From the NCBI GenBank assembly GCA_964611315.1, contig CAZSYW010000001.1, forward strand, positions 3,353-67,352: a stretch of 64,000 nucleotides of DNA. The letters run 5' to 3'. This document shows, one piece after another, positions 11,010-20,530 of this stretch; positions within the stretch are counted from its first letter, which is position 1, and every line of letters begins with the position of its first letter. Below the pieces are notes generated by a model. That model saw only the letters and a list, made by a program, of their open reading frames with translations. It was not told the origin of the DNA and made no database searches. Both the position numbers and the translations under genes were made by a program. The DNA comes from an uncultured Rhodospirillaceae bacterium (GTDB lineage Bacteria; Pseudomonadota; Alphaproteobacteria; UBA7887).

Positions 11010-11133
11010 AATATCAACCTTTTGTTAGCATTTTGCTGGAACTGGCAAAACCTAATCCTGCCTTTATTGACGCCACCTTTCTTGCTCTCTACGGTTGGCC
11101 GAAATTATTCGACCCAGAAAAACTTTTCATGCC

Positions 11134-12099
11134 ATGATAAATACTAATTCCGGCACACCAGACGAACCCCACTCAAAGCATGCGAAGGGTAAACTGGAAC
11201 GTTTGCTGCGGGCTGGCGCTTTTGTAGTAACTGCGGAAACCACACCACCGATTAGCTCCGATCCTACGGCCCTACTCGAAGCCACCGCCGACCTCCGTGA
11301 TTGGGCTGATGCCGTCAATGTTACGGATGGCGCGGGCGCTAAATCACATATGTCGAGCCTTGCGGCAGCCTCGCTACTAGTCCAAGCCAACATCGAACCA
11401 GTCCTCCAGTTTACCATTCGGGATCGCAATAGAATTGCCTTACAGAATGATCTTTTGGGTGCCGGTGCGCTGGGAATCTCCAATATCTTGTGTTTAACGG
11501 GAGACAATGTGTCAGCCGGAGATCAACCGGACGCTAAAATGGTTATGGATATGGATAGCCGAGGTTTAATGGCGTTGGCGCGCGACATGCGGGACACATG
11601 TCAATTGCCGACCGGGCGGCCGATTGGGCAGGCACCAAACCTGTTCATAGGGGCAGCAGATGCACCAAGCGAGCCAGACAAACAATGGAACGCGGGCGGC
11701 ATACAATCCAAAATCGATGCTGGGGCCCAGTTTTTCCAGACACAATTTTGTTTCGATATTTCTCTTGTCCGACGTTACATGGAACGCCTAGGGGATGAGG
11801 GTGTATTAGATCACGCGTATTTTCTGATTGGGATTGGCCCAATCGCATCTGCTAAATCAGCGCGGTGGATGAACCAAAACCTTTTTGGTGTGCATATTCC
11901 CGAGGGCATCATTGATCGTTTGGAACAAGCTAACGACCAAGCAGCCGAAGGACGGAGTGTCTGTCTAGAACTAATACAAGAACTGCGTGAGGTGTCCGGC
12001 GTATCAGGGGTCCACCTCATGGGACCACGGGTCGAGAAATCCGCGGCCCAGGTGATCGCTGACTCAGGAGTGCTGAATGAACGACCCGAGGTTGCATAA
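11134..12099 (+). CDS. metF: methylenetetrahydrofolate reductase family protein
   Basis: MTHFR-like sequence (FVVTAETTPP, VNVTDGAGAKSHMSSLAAA, FFQTQFCFD). ATG 11134 is preferred over the TTG at 11095. Confidence 0.7.
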   Translation: MINTNSGTPDEPHSKHAKGKLERLLRAGAFVVTAETTPPISSDPTALLEATADLRDWADAVNVTDGAGAKSHMSSLAAASLLVQANIEPVLQFTIRDRNRIALQNDLLGAGALGISNILCLTGDNVSAGDQPDAKMVMDMDSRGLMALARDMRDTCQLPTGRPIGQAPNLFIGAADAPSEPDKQWNAGGIQSKIDAGAQFFQTQFCFDISLVRRYMERLGDEGVLDHAYFLIGIGPIASAKSARWMNQNLFGVHIPEGIIDRLEQANDQAAEGRSVCLELIQELREVSGVSGVHLMGPRVEKSAAQVIADSGVLNERPEVA

Positions 12100-12146
12100 C
12101 CACACATAGTGGAATTTAGCTAAAATTCCGAACCGACGGCACTGAC

Positions 12147-14228
12147 CTATCGCCCTTCCAACCTCCACGCCATAAGAATGCTACCTAGCAACATAAAAAG
12201 CATCAGAAGCACTGGTAAAAGTGGTGCTTGGACCAGAGCACCGACGCGATAACGTTGGTTTGCAACTAAGCCAATCCATCCCTGCCCCACGGAATTTTCT
12301 CCTAAGCCCACGCGCCGAACTTGCGGGACGTCATTTTCGGCCAGCCACACAACGCCTCCTCCCGAAGCCGCAGCGATTGGCGCCACTAAGGCATCAGTCG
12401 CGCGCACATCAGCTACTTCTAATGGGTTTGCCGCCCCGACCACAGCAATGGCTGATTGGTCGCCATGTTTCAGCTGATATAGACCAGTGCGTTGAACAGA
12501 AACAGTCGCCTCGGCTCGTCCGTTCCCCACATCAACTAATTTTATTTCCTCACCCTCTCCATCAGGCCCTACAATTGTCACCGGCCCGTCGATTGGGCCC
12601 AAACTGCGCCTAGACACATGGATCCGCTGCTGATCTACTTCCACCAATAACGACTCCTCCTCCAGGTCAGGCTGTTTCATTAACCAGTGTACCAACCGCC
12701 GCAACAAATCTTGCTGCGGCCCCCCTCCTTCAAAACCACGAGCCCACAACCAAGATTGATCTGACAAGAGCTGCGCAACTCGCCCCTCACCGATACGGTC
12801 CAGCACCAAGAGCGGATTTTCCTCCAAACCTCGCATCAGAACATCTCCACGTAAAATTTCTGCCTGCACAAGACGGAACCAACGACCCCAGCCTGGGCCA
12901 GCATTACCCACCTCTCCTCCCGTGGTTGGCATCAAAAGGTCCGTTGTAACAGGATGCCTGCTGCCTTCATTTGACAGTCTCGGCCGGTATGCCTTCTCGT
13001 AAACTTTCCCCGTCGGCCGGGCCGGCAAAACAGCTGCTAAGGGTGTTGTCGCCAAACTACGCGACGACGCAAAAGATGGCCCGGCAATGTCGAGTACTGC
13101 ACCGCCAGCCAACACATAGTCTGCCAAGTTACTAAGATAGGTCACCGGAAGAATACCCCGTCGATGGTATCGGTCAAAAATGACCAAATCGAATTTCTGC
13201 AAATTCACCGAAAACAATTCACGGCTTGGAAACGGGATAAGCGATAACTCACTCACCGGCGTCAGATCCTGTTTGTTTGGAGGCCGAAGCACCGTGAAAT
13301 GTACCAAATCGACAGCAGGATCAGCTTTAAGCAAATTCCGCAGTGTCCGCAATCCGGAACCAGGACCACCAGACACCAGCATGACCCGCAAACGATCACG
13401 GACACCATTAACCATCACGACCGCATGATTGTTGTCGAGGGTAAGCTCTGAAGGGCCGGAGTCCACGTACACCTCAAATGCCGTCAAACCCTCATGGTCC
13501 AGAGTTGTTTCTATTTCCTTAGCCGTGCCGATTTCGACCGTTGTCTGCAGAAGGTCCTGGCCATCCGCGCGTAGGCCAATCGAGACCACCTCACCCTCTG
13601 CCGCAGCATCATCGACACGCACACTAACTGTAACCGAATCCCCTACAACGGCGTAACTTGGAGCCCGCTCAATCACTAGGCGTCGATCCCGTTCGTCTGA
13701 CTTCCCGGTGAGGAGAACGTGCATAGGCCCGGAACGAGAAACACTCCCGGGGGGCTGAGGAATATCGTGGACTTGCCCATCTGTAATAATGATGGACCCC
13801 GCTACACGCTCAGGAGGCACATCAGACAGGACCTCCTGAAGAGCTTCAAAGAGGCGGGTACCTTGCCCTTTGTTATTTCCATCGACAACGATCGAACGCA
13901 ACTCAAGATCCGACTCTTCCGCAAGACGAACCTGCAACCTTTCATAGGCATTGTCTGTTAACTCCAAGCGACCCCCAGTCCGCTGACTTTCCGTTCGATC
14001 GACGACTAGCGCAACCACATCTGGGAGATACTCACGCTGCTCTGTGATGAGAGTTGGGTTGAGCAAGAACAGGTACCCGGCACACACAAATAGGCCCCGC
14101 CACCAGGCCCCACGCGCACGCGAAGTAAGGGCAAATAACAGAACTGCCCCCCACACTACTGCTACCGCGACCAAGACCGGCCAAGGCAAGGTCGGATTAA
14201 GATCGAGACCTATCGCCTGCATCATCAT
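12147..14228 (-). CDS. large membrane protein, last gene of the MoxR/DUF58 operon (GATase1-like fold suspected)
   Basis: About 693 aa with N-terminal TM segments (WPVLVAVAVVWGAVLLFAL) and a C-terminal tail anchor (LLPVLLMLFMLLGSILMAW). The start triplet MMM at 14222-14228 abuts the upstream stop at 14230. The track start 14255 would overlap by 26 nt. Confidence 0.6.
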   Translation of the reverse strand: MMMQAIGLDLNPTLPWPVLVAVAVVWGAVLLFALTSRARGAWWRGLFVCAGYLFLLNPTLITEQREYLPDVVALVVDRTESQRTGGRLELTDNAYERLQVRLAEESDLELRSIVVDGNNKGQGTRLFEALQEVLSDVPPERVAGSIIITDGQVHDIPQPPGSVSRSGPMHVLLTGKSDERDRRLVIERAPSYAVVGDSVTVSVRVDDAAAEGEVVSIGLRADGQDLLQTTVEIGTAKEIETTLDHEGLTAFEVYVDSGPSELTLDNNHAVVMVNGVRDRLRVMLVSGGPGSGLRTLRNLLKADPAVDLVHFTVLRPPNKQDLTPVSELSLIPFPSRELFSVNLQKFDLVIFDRYHRRGILPVTYLSNLADYVLAGGAVLDIAGPSFASSRSLATTPLAAVLPARPTGKVYEKAYRPRLSNEGSRHPVTTDLLMPTTGGEVGNAGPGWGRWFRLVQAEILRGDVLMRGLEENPLLVLDRIGEGRVAQLLSDQSWLWARGFEGGGPQQDLLRRLVHWLMKQPDLEEESLLVEVDQQRIHVSRRSLGPIDGPVTIVGPDGEGEEIKLVDVGNGRAEATVSVQRTGLYQLKHGDQSAIAVVGAANPLEVADVRATDALVAPIAAASGGGVVWLAENDVPQVRRVGLGENSVGQGWIGLVANQRYRVGALVQAPLLPVLLMLFMLLGSILMAWRLEGR

Positions 14229-14229
14229 G

Positions 14230-17067
14230 CTAATTGACGTCCGTGGTTCCGCCACGTTTTATCCGGCGCAAAATAGCGGGGATGTGTACTTGATCCGCTT
14301 TATAGCTACCAGTCAGGGCATACATGGTCAGATTGATACCAAAACGGAATGCCATCTCGCGTTGTCTTTCCCCACCGGGTACAACCGCAAACAAAGGACT
14401 CCCACTTGGAGATAAGGCCCATGCGGAAGCCCAATCGTTACCTCCGACCACCAAGGATGACACACCATCATTTACTCCTCCTTGGTACTGTTCCACCCAC
14501 ACGTCACCGCCGTCCCACCTCCCCGGGAAGTGGTCTGTTAGGTAAAAAGATTGAGTAAGTGCGTGACCCTGAGGGACTAGCGACAAAGGTGGTAAATTAA
14601 GATTACCAAGCATTTGTTGCAGGAGACCGGTAGAGCGCATCCCTAGTGTTTCGATCCCCGTATCGAGGCCTTTGTCTCGGGTATCGAGGAGAATCATGCC
14701 GCCGACACGCAAATAATGCGCAATATTGTCGAGGGCGTTTCTGGAGAGAGAAGATTGTTGATCCGTCATAGGCCAATAGATCAGCGGGTATAAAATAAGA
14801 CTGCCCTGCTCCGGATCAACGGCAACGGGCAGCGCCGGTTCTACCGCCGTGCGCTGCCTCAAGACCCAACTGAGCCCCATAAGACCTGCTCGACTTACTG
14901 AGTCGACCTCATCATCGCCCGTAATGACATATGCCAAACGTACCGCCCCAATGACCTCGGCTAAAAATTCATCGCCCAAAGTCTCAAGTGCTTCTGGATC
15001 AACGCCAGTCGGTGTTTGTTGCCCATAAGCGGGTGTGCCGTAAATCAGCACCAATGCCGGCGAACACACCAGAAACACCACTAACGAACCTAGGTTTTTC
15101 CATCTTTCTAACGAAAGTAGACCCCGCATCCACATAACAATCAGGTAATCAACCAACGTCAGAATTATCGCGACCAACATAAAGGCTGGACCCAGGTCCA
15201 ACTGATGCCCCACACCCAAACTGGCACTTTTAATACCAGCAGGCAGGTTGGTAATTTGCACCAACTCTTCGATTTCATCCCCTAAATTTAACGCTTGCTG
15301 GACCATGGGAGTGCCATAAAGCCCAGGGGGATGACCCGGTTCAGGTGCCTGGATCCCGGCATCTCCAGCCTGAATAGGAAGGGAATCGACAGTTGGTGGC
15401 CCTAACCGCCCAAACCCATCAAGGACCTTCAGTGGTGGCATAGAGACAACCTCAGATTTGCCCCCTACTCCGTCGCCGAGCTCTACAACACGGCGCAACA
15501 TGTCTACGAATAGACCTGACAGAGCCAAATTGGACCAATCCGTGTTGGCAGTGGTGTGAAACAAAATTAGCCATCCCTCGCCTCGGCTTAAGCCCGTGAC
15601 TAAAGGCGTTCCATCGACCAGCCTAGCCCATGTGCGCGCAGTCACCTCAGGGGATGGCTCGGCCAAAACCTGTCGACTCACAAAAACGTCGTCAGGAATA
15701 TATAGTTTGGAGAAAGGCGAATTTTTGCCGAAAGGGCCGAGCAATGCAGGCTCTTGCCATGACAAAGCGCCGCCAAGCGCTCGACCACCAGTGTTGCGAA
15801 GCGGCACAGGAACGAAGTCATCCATGCTGGCGGCAAGACGCGGCCCAGCAAAACGGACTAAGACACCCCCTTGTTCTATCCACGCCGCAAGCGACTTTTG
15901 ATCCTGTCCCGACAAATTCCCGACATCAGATAACATCAAAACTGAGAGGCCGTCTTGTATTAGTGGCCCGATGTCACCCCGTCGAACTTCGTTATATGGT
16001 TCAAGAGCGCGCTCGAGATAGTATAAATCTGAAAGCAAAGGCTGATCACTTTCAAAACCCCCACCCGAGATCAACCCGACAGGACGCCGCCGCCACCTCT
16101 CATCCAAGAGAATCACTGCCCCTGCACCAGAAACCCCCTCGATATCGAGACGGAAAAGCTCTCTCCGCAGATCATTCGGGATATCAAACACCGCTTCTAC
16201 TAATTTCTCTCCCTCACCAAACTCAAGGGCGACCCGATCGATGAGCCTTCCATTCTCAGTGGTCGCACGTACCCAGACTGTCGATTTTCTGCCCGCCTCA
16301 GCCCTGATCACCCGTGCGGCAAGACCTGTACTCAAACTCCGGGGAGCCAGTAAAAGCATGGCACTCCGTTGCTTTTGTTCGGTATAAACTCTCACAGAAC
16401 CAAAGCGCTGGAGAGCCTCAACAAATGCCGCCGTCTCGGCCTCCTGCCCCCCATTCAACCCGTCGCTTAACCAAGCTACTGATGCCTTCTTCCCGATAGT
16501 TTTCCGAATTTCCTCACGACTGAGACTGGCTAGTAGCGCAGGGCGATCGACAGGCCACGGTTGCGGTTTGAGAACTTCTATAAATTGAACAGCCTCTTTC
16601 GCCGTCAGCAGATTACTGACTTGTAACGAGACCTCGCTCCCTACACTCGGTCGCGGCGCCGCGTGCGCCAGCACGACACTGCGGCCCTCCCTATCAGCCT
16701 GACCCACCAAACCCTTCAGAGTTTCAATTCGCTCCTGCCAACCCTCTGCCGAGGCCCAACCATCGTCAATTACCGCTAGCAAAGGGCCAGATCCGGATAA
16801 CTGCGGCAGTGGATTGAGCAAGGGTCTCGCAACCGCTAAAATTATCAGGCCCGCAATTACGAAACGGAGTAATAGCAGCAACAATGGAGTCTTAGACGGG
16901 GTCTGCTCTTCCCTGCGCAGACCAAAAAGAAACCGGACTGCGGGAAACTGAACCAAGCGAGGGGCCGGGGGATTTACTTTAAGCAACCACCAGATAACCG
17001 GAAGAACGACGAACGCCCCTAAGGCCCACGGCACACCAAAACCCAATGCAGCAACTTCGAAGGTCAT
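14230..17067 (-). CDS. membrane protein with N-terminal double-TM (BatA_N-type) module and C-terminal DUF4159-like domain
   Basis: 945 aa. The N-terminus (VPWALGAFVVLPVIWWLLKVNPP...FPAVRFL) fits the double-transmembrane aerotolerance-N module. An internal TM pair lies near residues 620-680. The C-terminal domain (GGMILLDTRD...FGINLTMYALTGSY) resembles DUF4159. Confidence 0.6.
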   Translation of the reverse strand: MTFEVAALGFGVPWALGAFVVLPVIWWLLKVNPPAPRLVQFPAVRFLFGLRREEQTPSKTPLLLLLLRFVIAGLIILAVARPLLNPLPQLSGSGPLLAVIDDGWASAEGWQERIETLKGLVGQADREGRSVVLAHAAPRPSVGSEVSLQVSNLLTAKEAVQFIEVLKPQPWPVDRPALLASLSREEIRKTIGKKASVAWLSDGLNGGQEAETAAFVEALQRFGSVRVYTEQKQRSAMLLLAPRSLSTGLAARVIRAEAGRKSTVWVRATTENGRLIDRVALEFGEGEKLVEAVFDIPNDLRRELFRLDIEGVSGAGAVILLDERWRRRPVGLISGGGFESDQPLLSDLYYLERALEPYNEVRRGDIGPLIQDGLSVLMLSDVGNLSGQDQKSLAAWIEQGGVLVRFAGPRLAASMDDFVPVPLRNTGGRALGGALSWQEPALLGPFGKNSPFSKLYIPDDVFVSRQVLAEPSPEVTARTWARLVDGTPLVTGLSRGEGWLILFHTTANTDWSNLALSGLFVDMLRRVVELGDGVGGKSEVVSMPPLKVLDGFGRLGPPTVDSLPIQAGDAGIQAPEPGHPPGLYGTPMVQQALNLGDEIEELVQITNLPAGIKSASLGVGHQLDLGPAFMLVAIILTLVDYLIVMWMRGLLSLERWKNLGSLVVFLVCSPALVLIYGTPAYGQQTPTGVDPEALETLGDEFLAEVIGAVRLAYVITGDDEVDSVSRAGLMGLSWVLRQRTAVEPALPVAVDPEQGSLILYPLIYWPMTDQQSSLSRNALDNIAHYLRVGGMILLDTRDKGLDTGIETLGMRSTGLLQQMLGNLNLPPLSLVPQGHALTQSFYLTDHFPGRWDGGDVWVEQYQGGVNDGVSSLVVGGNDWASAWALSPSGSPLFAVVPGGERQREMAFRFGINLTMYALTGSYKADQVHIPAILRRIKRGGTTDVN

Positions 17068-17083
17068 GTGAGCTAAAAGCCTC

Positions 17084-17974
17084 TTAGAGGGATCGGCCTA
17101 AACTGCTGGAAAGCGTCAAGTAGAGGGAAAGCAGCGCCATCTCAGGAGAACGGTCAGTCCGGTGGGCCACAAAACTCCAGCCGGTTTGCCTTGCTATCGC
17201 CGCCAGGTTGTCACGGTGAAGCGACAATTTTCTCGAATATTCTTCTCTAACGGCTTCGACACGGCCTATTACCGCCTCTCCCTCACCCTCCAGGCCCATG
17301 AAGCGTGTGCGACCTGTGAACGGCAAAGTCTCTTCTGCCGGATCCAGCACCTGAACCAGGTGGCCATTTAAACCCTGTCCGGAAAACCATTTAATCGTGT
17401 CTCGCAGATCATCTGGTGGCTCCAGAAAATCACTGAGCAACACGATTTGCGCATACCGTGGCAACTTAAGTCGAGGAGGAATACTGGTTTGCACTAACTC
17501 GGCCCCCCGATTTATTTCCCCCGCCAAGCGGGATAGTGCCCCGTTGCCGCGCATAAGCCTGGACCCAATTTGAACCAAGCCAACCTGCTCGCCACCACGA
17601 AGTAACAAAGAGGCGAGGGCTAAAAGCAAAACCTTGGCACGGACCTCTTTAGGCTCCGAGGTTGTCTCAGATCGGAAACCCATCGAAGGCGAACTGTCGC
17701 ACCACAACCAAATACTTTGGGATGCCTCCCATTCTTGCTCACGCACGTAGACTCGCTGCGACTTGGCAGACTGTCGCCAGTCAATTAACGAAATCGGATC
17801 AGTTGGCTGATAACGACGGAACTGCCAAAATGTCTCACCTGGACCAGGCCGTCGCCGACCATGGACACCCTGAACGACCGAGGCAGCCACTCGCTCTGCT
17901 GCGGTCAGGAGTGGGGGGAAGGCGGCAGCAATGTCCTCGGCGCGTCTCTGTAAATTATGCGCCGGTTTTGCCAT
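17084..17974 (-). CDS. DUF58 domain protein (MoxR partner)
   Basis: 296 aa with the DUF58-typical FRRYQPTDPISLIDWRQSAKS. It lies directly downstream of the MoxR ATPase. Confidence 0.8.
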   Translation of the reverse strand: MAKPAHNLQRRAEDIAAAFPPLLTAAERVAASVVQGVHGRRRPGPGETFWQFRRYQPTDPISLIDWRQSAKSQRVYVREQEWEASQSIWLWCDSSPSMGFRSETTSEPKEVRAKVLLLALASLLLRGGEQVGLVQIGSRLMRGNGALSRLAGEINRGAELVQTSIPPRLKLPRYAQIVLLSDFLEPPDDLRDTIKWFSGQGLNGHLVQVLDPAEETLPFTGRTRFMGLEGEGEAVIGRVEAVREEYSRKLSLHRDNLAAIARQTGWSFVAHRTDRSPEMALLSLYLTLSSSLGRSL

Positions 17975-18026
17975 TACCTATAACCTCGTGCGTTTTATAA
18001 TTATAATTCAGACGCCTACAGACGAC

Positions 18027-19037
18027 CTAAGCAAACGGCGCGCACATTTGCTCAATCACTTGATCCAACGTCAACCCCTCTGCGCGCGCCGTGAAACTGA
18101 CACTCATCCGATGACGGAGCACCGACGGCGCCAATGCTATCACGTCGTCAATTGACGGAGAAACACGACCATCAAGTAAAGCGCGTGCCCGAGTTGCTAG
18201 CATTAAAGCCTGCCCGGCTCTGGGACCTGGCCCCCATGAAACATTCTCACTCACCAGAGAGATGCTAGTGGTTTCTGGGCGTCCAGAGCGAATGAGCTCC
18301 AGTATAGCCTCCACGACGCTTTCACCGACGGGGATAGTTCGCACCAACTGCTGCGCAGCACGCAGCTCTTCGGCCGCCAGTATCTGCTCAGCGGGCTTCT
18401 CCGTTGCTCCAGTCGTCTCAACAAGCATTTTCCATTCATCGTCAAACCCGGGATAGTCGATATCAATTTGCATCAAAAAACGGTCCAGCTGTGCTTCAGG
18501 TAATGGATATATCCCTTCCTGTTCTATCGGATTTTGGGTGGCGATCACATGAAACGGCTCGGGCAATGAGTGTGGGCGTCCCGCCACCGAAACTTCGTGC
18601 TCCTGCATAGCTTGGAGGAGCGCAGATTGTGTGCGCGGGCTTGCTCGGTTTATCTCGTCTGCCATTAGGAGTTGGCAGAATACGGGGCCCTCTATGAAGC
18701 GAAAACTGCGTCGTCCCACCTCGCTTTCTTCGAGAACCTCGGAACCAAGAATGTCGGCCGGCATCAAATCTGGGGTGAATTGGATCCGCCGTTCCGTCAA
18801 ACCAAGAACAGTTCCAAGCATTTCAGTCAACCGCGTCTTTGCCAAACCTGGCACCCCCACAAGCAATACATGCCCGCCTGACAACAAGGTAATAAGGACT
18901 TGATCAATCACGCTCCGTTGCCCAAAGATTAGGGTTTCGATGTGATCCCGGACCTTCGCCATTGACCCGACCAGCGCATCAACGTTCTCAACTACCTTTT
19001 CCTCCGATCGGTCAGTGGCGGAGTGTGCATTCGACAT
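18027..19037 (-). CDS. MoxR-family AAA+ ATPase
   Basis: 336 aa with Walker A (LLVGVPGLAKT), Walker B / sensor region (LLMADEINRASPRTQSALLQAMQE) and ATQNPIEQEG. Confidence 0.9.
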   Translation of the reverse strand: MSNAHSATDRSEEKVVENVDALVGSMAKVRDHIETLIFGQRSVIDQVLITLLSGGHVLLVGVPGLAKTRLTEMLGTVLGLTERRIQFTPDLMPADILGSEVLEESEVGRRSFRFIEGPVFCQLLMADEINRASPRTQSALLQAMQEHEVSVAGRPHSLPEPFHVIATQNPIEQEGIYPLPEAQLDRFLMQIDIDYPGFDDEWKMLVETTGATEKPAEQILAAEELRAAQQLVRTIPVGESVVEAILELIRSGRPETTSISLVSENVSWGPGPRAGQALMLATRARALLDGRVSPSIDDVIALAPSVLRHRMSVSFTARAEGLTLDQVIEQMCAPFA

Positions 19038-19064
19038 TCTATTTCTAGCCCACGGTTTCGTTTA

Positions 19065-19649
19065 GTGTACGCACATGCAATCAATAACCGAGACGATGGT
19101 CTCTATGAAATACCAAGGGCAATTGTGAAAGCTACGCGCGGACAAGACATTAATCCCGACGGTATTGCCGAATCTGACTTTAGAATAGCAAGCGACGGCA
19201 CGTGGTTCTATCATGGTTCGCCAATCCTTCGCAAATCTTTAGTGAAGTTGTTCGCTACCATCCTTAAGCGTGAAAAAGATGGAAGTTTTTGGCTAGTAAC
19301 ACCCGTTGAGCGCGCAAAAGTCACCGTCGATGACGCACCTTTTTTGGTGATAGCGGCCACTAGGACCGGATCGGGGGAAAACCAGATTCTTAAATTTGAA
19401 ACGAACCTCGGTGACACGCTCGTGGTTGGAGAGGAGCACCCAATCCGGGTCATAGTAAATCCAGAAAATGGCCAGCCAGCTCCGTATGTACGGATCAGCC
19501 ACGGGATTGAAGCTCTAATAACAAGGTCAGTATTTTATGATTTAGTAGAATGGGCCGAAGAGGATTTCGCTCTGGGAGAACTATTCATACAAAGTAACCG
19601 CAAAAGATTTTCTCTAGGTCTGTTTGCCGAAAAAGATGAAGCCCAATGA
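19065..19649 (+). CDS. DUF1285 domain protein
   Basis: Contains FRIASDGTWFYHGSPILRKSLVKLF, typical of DUF1285. The start is uncertain. The track start 19023 would overlap the divergent MoxR start, so the in-frame GTG 19065 is preferred. Confidence 0.65.
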   Translation: MYAHAINNRDDGLYEIPRAIVKATRGQDINPDGIAESDFRIASDGTWFYHGSPILRKSLVKLFATILKREKDGSFWLVTPVERAKVTVDDAPFLVIAATRTGSGENQILKFETNLGDTLVVGEEHPIRVIVNPENGQPAPYVRISHGIEALITRSVFYDLVEWAEEDFALGELFIQSNRKRFSLGLFAEKDEAQ

Positions 19650-20251
19650 CGCGAGCCCGACTAGTTAAAAGCTTTGCCAACAGGCATAGTGACATTGAAG
19701 TTCCGGCTGCACTTAGTCGGGAATCTCAGTCTTATTTTCAAAAACCAGCTGAAGCCTTAACTCGGGCAGCCGTACTTGTGCCGATCATCGACCATGCGGA
19801 CAGTCTGACAGTCTTACTTACGGAACGGAGCCCACTTTTGAAAGAACACCCCGGTCAAATAAGTTTCCCCGGGGGACGTAGCGAAGATATCGACATTGAT
19901 GACACGGCTACAGCGTTGCGTGAAGCGAGAGAGGAAATCGGGCTTAATTCAGATCAGGTTACGATCCTCGGCAATCTGGATGTGTGCCTAACAGGCACTG
20001 GGTATAGAGTTGTCCCGGTTGTGGGACTTGTTGCTCCACCCTTAAACCTAAGTCTAGATAGCTCTGAGGTAACGGACGCTTTCGAGGTACCGCTCAATAT
20101 AATTCTTGATGCACGAAGCTACCGCCGGGATAGTATCGTCACAGAGTCGGGCCAAGATCGGGAATTCTACGTCCTGGATTATCAGGATTGGTATATTTGG
20201 GGAGCCACCGCACGTATGTTAGCTAACCTGCGCGACCTATTAATGAACTGA
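19646..20251 (+). CDS. CoA pyrophosphatase (Nudix hydrolase)
   Basis: LLTERSPLLKEHPGQISFPGG fits the NUDIX_CoA signature (LLTxR[SA]x3[RK]x3Gx3FPGG). A Nudix box REAREEIGL follows. The start overlaps the upstream stop by 4 nt. Confidence 0.85.
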   Translation: MTRARLVKSFANRHSDIEVPAALSRESQSYFQKPAEALTRAAVLVPIIDHADSLTVLLTERSPLLKEHPGQISFPGGRSEDIDIDDTATALREAREEIGLNSDQVTILGNLDVCLTGTGYRVVPVVGLVAPPLNLSLDSSEVTDAFEVPLNIILDARSYRRDSIVTESGQDREFYVLDYQDWYIWGATARMLANLRDLLMN

Positions 20252-20254
20252 ACT

Positions 20255-20530
20255 GTGAAACTATTTTTAACCAAAATCCTGCCGTTGCTTATACCGCTCG
20301 CAATCTATGCGGGTTGGTTAATTCACGCGCGCAAGCGCGCCCGTGCACTGGGCACAGCAAAGCCTAGCGCGAGGGATGCTCCTTGGCCAATCATGTTGTT
20401 AACCGGGCTTGCGGTATTGATATCTGGCATGATCGCACTCGGTCTTTTTACCGGGGAAAAACCCGGCGGCGTATACGTGCCGCCACATATGGAAAACGGC
20501 GAAATCATCAGGGGCCATATTGAAAGGTGA
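20255..20530 (+). CDS. small two-TM membrane protein (hypothetical)
   Basis: 91 aa with a GTG start 3 nt after the NudL stop and two hydrophobic helices. Its stop overlaps the cca start by 4 nt, so it is tightly coupled in the operon. Confidence 0.5.
   Translation: MKLFLTKILPLLIPLAIYAGWLIHARKRARALGTAKPSARDAPWPIMLLTGLAVLISGMIALGLFTGEKPGGVYVPPHMENGEIIRGHIER

Noticed and set aside
12111-12129. Hairpin GGAATTT-AGCTA-AAATTCC between the convergent metF-like gene and the last gene of the MoxR operon.
   Set aside because: It is a 7-bp AT-rich stem with no U-tract on either strand. It may aid termination, but the evidence is insufficient to annotate it.
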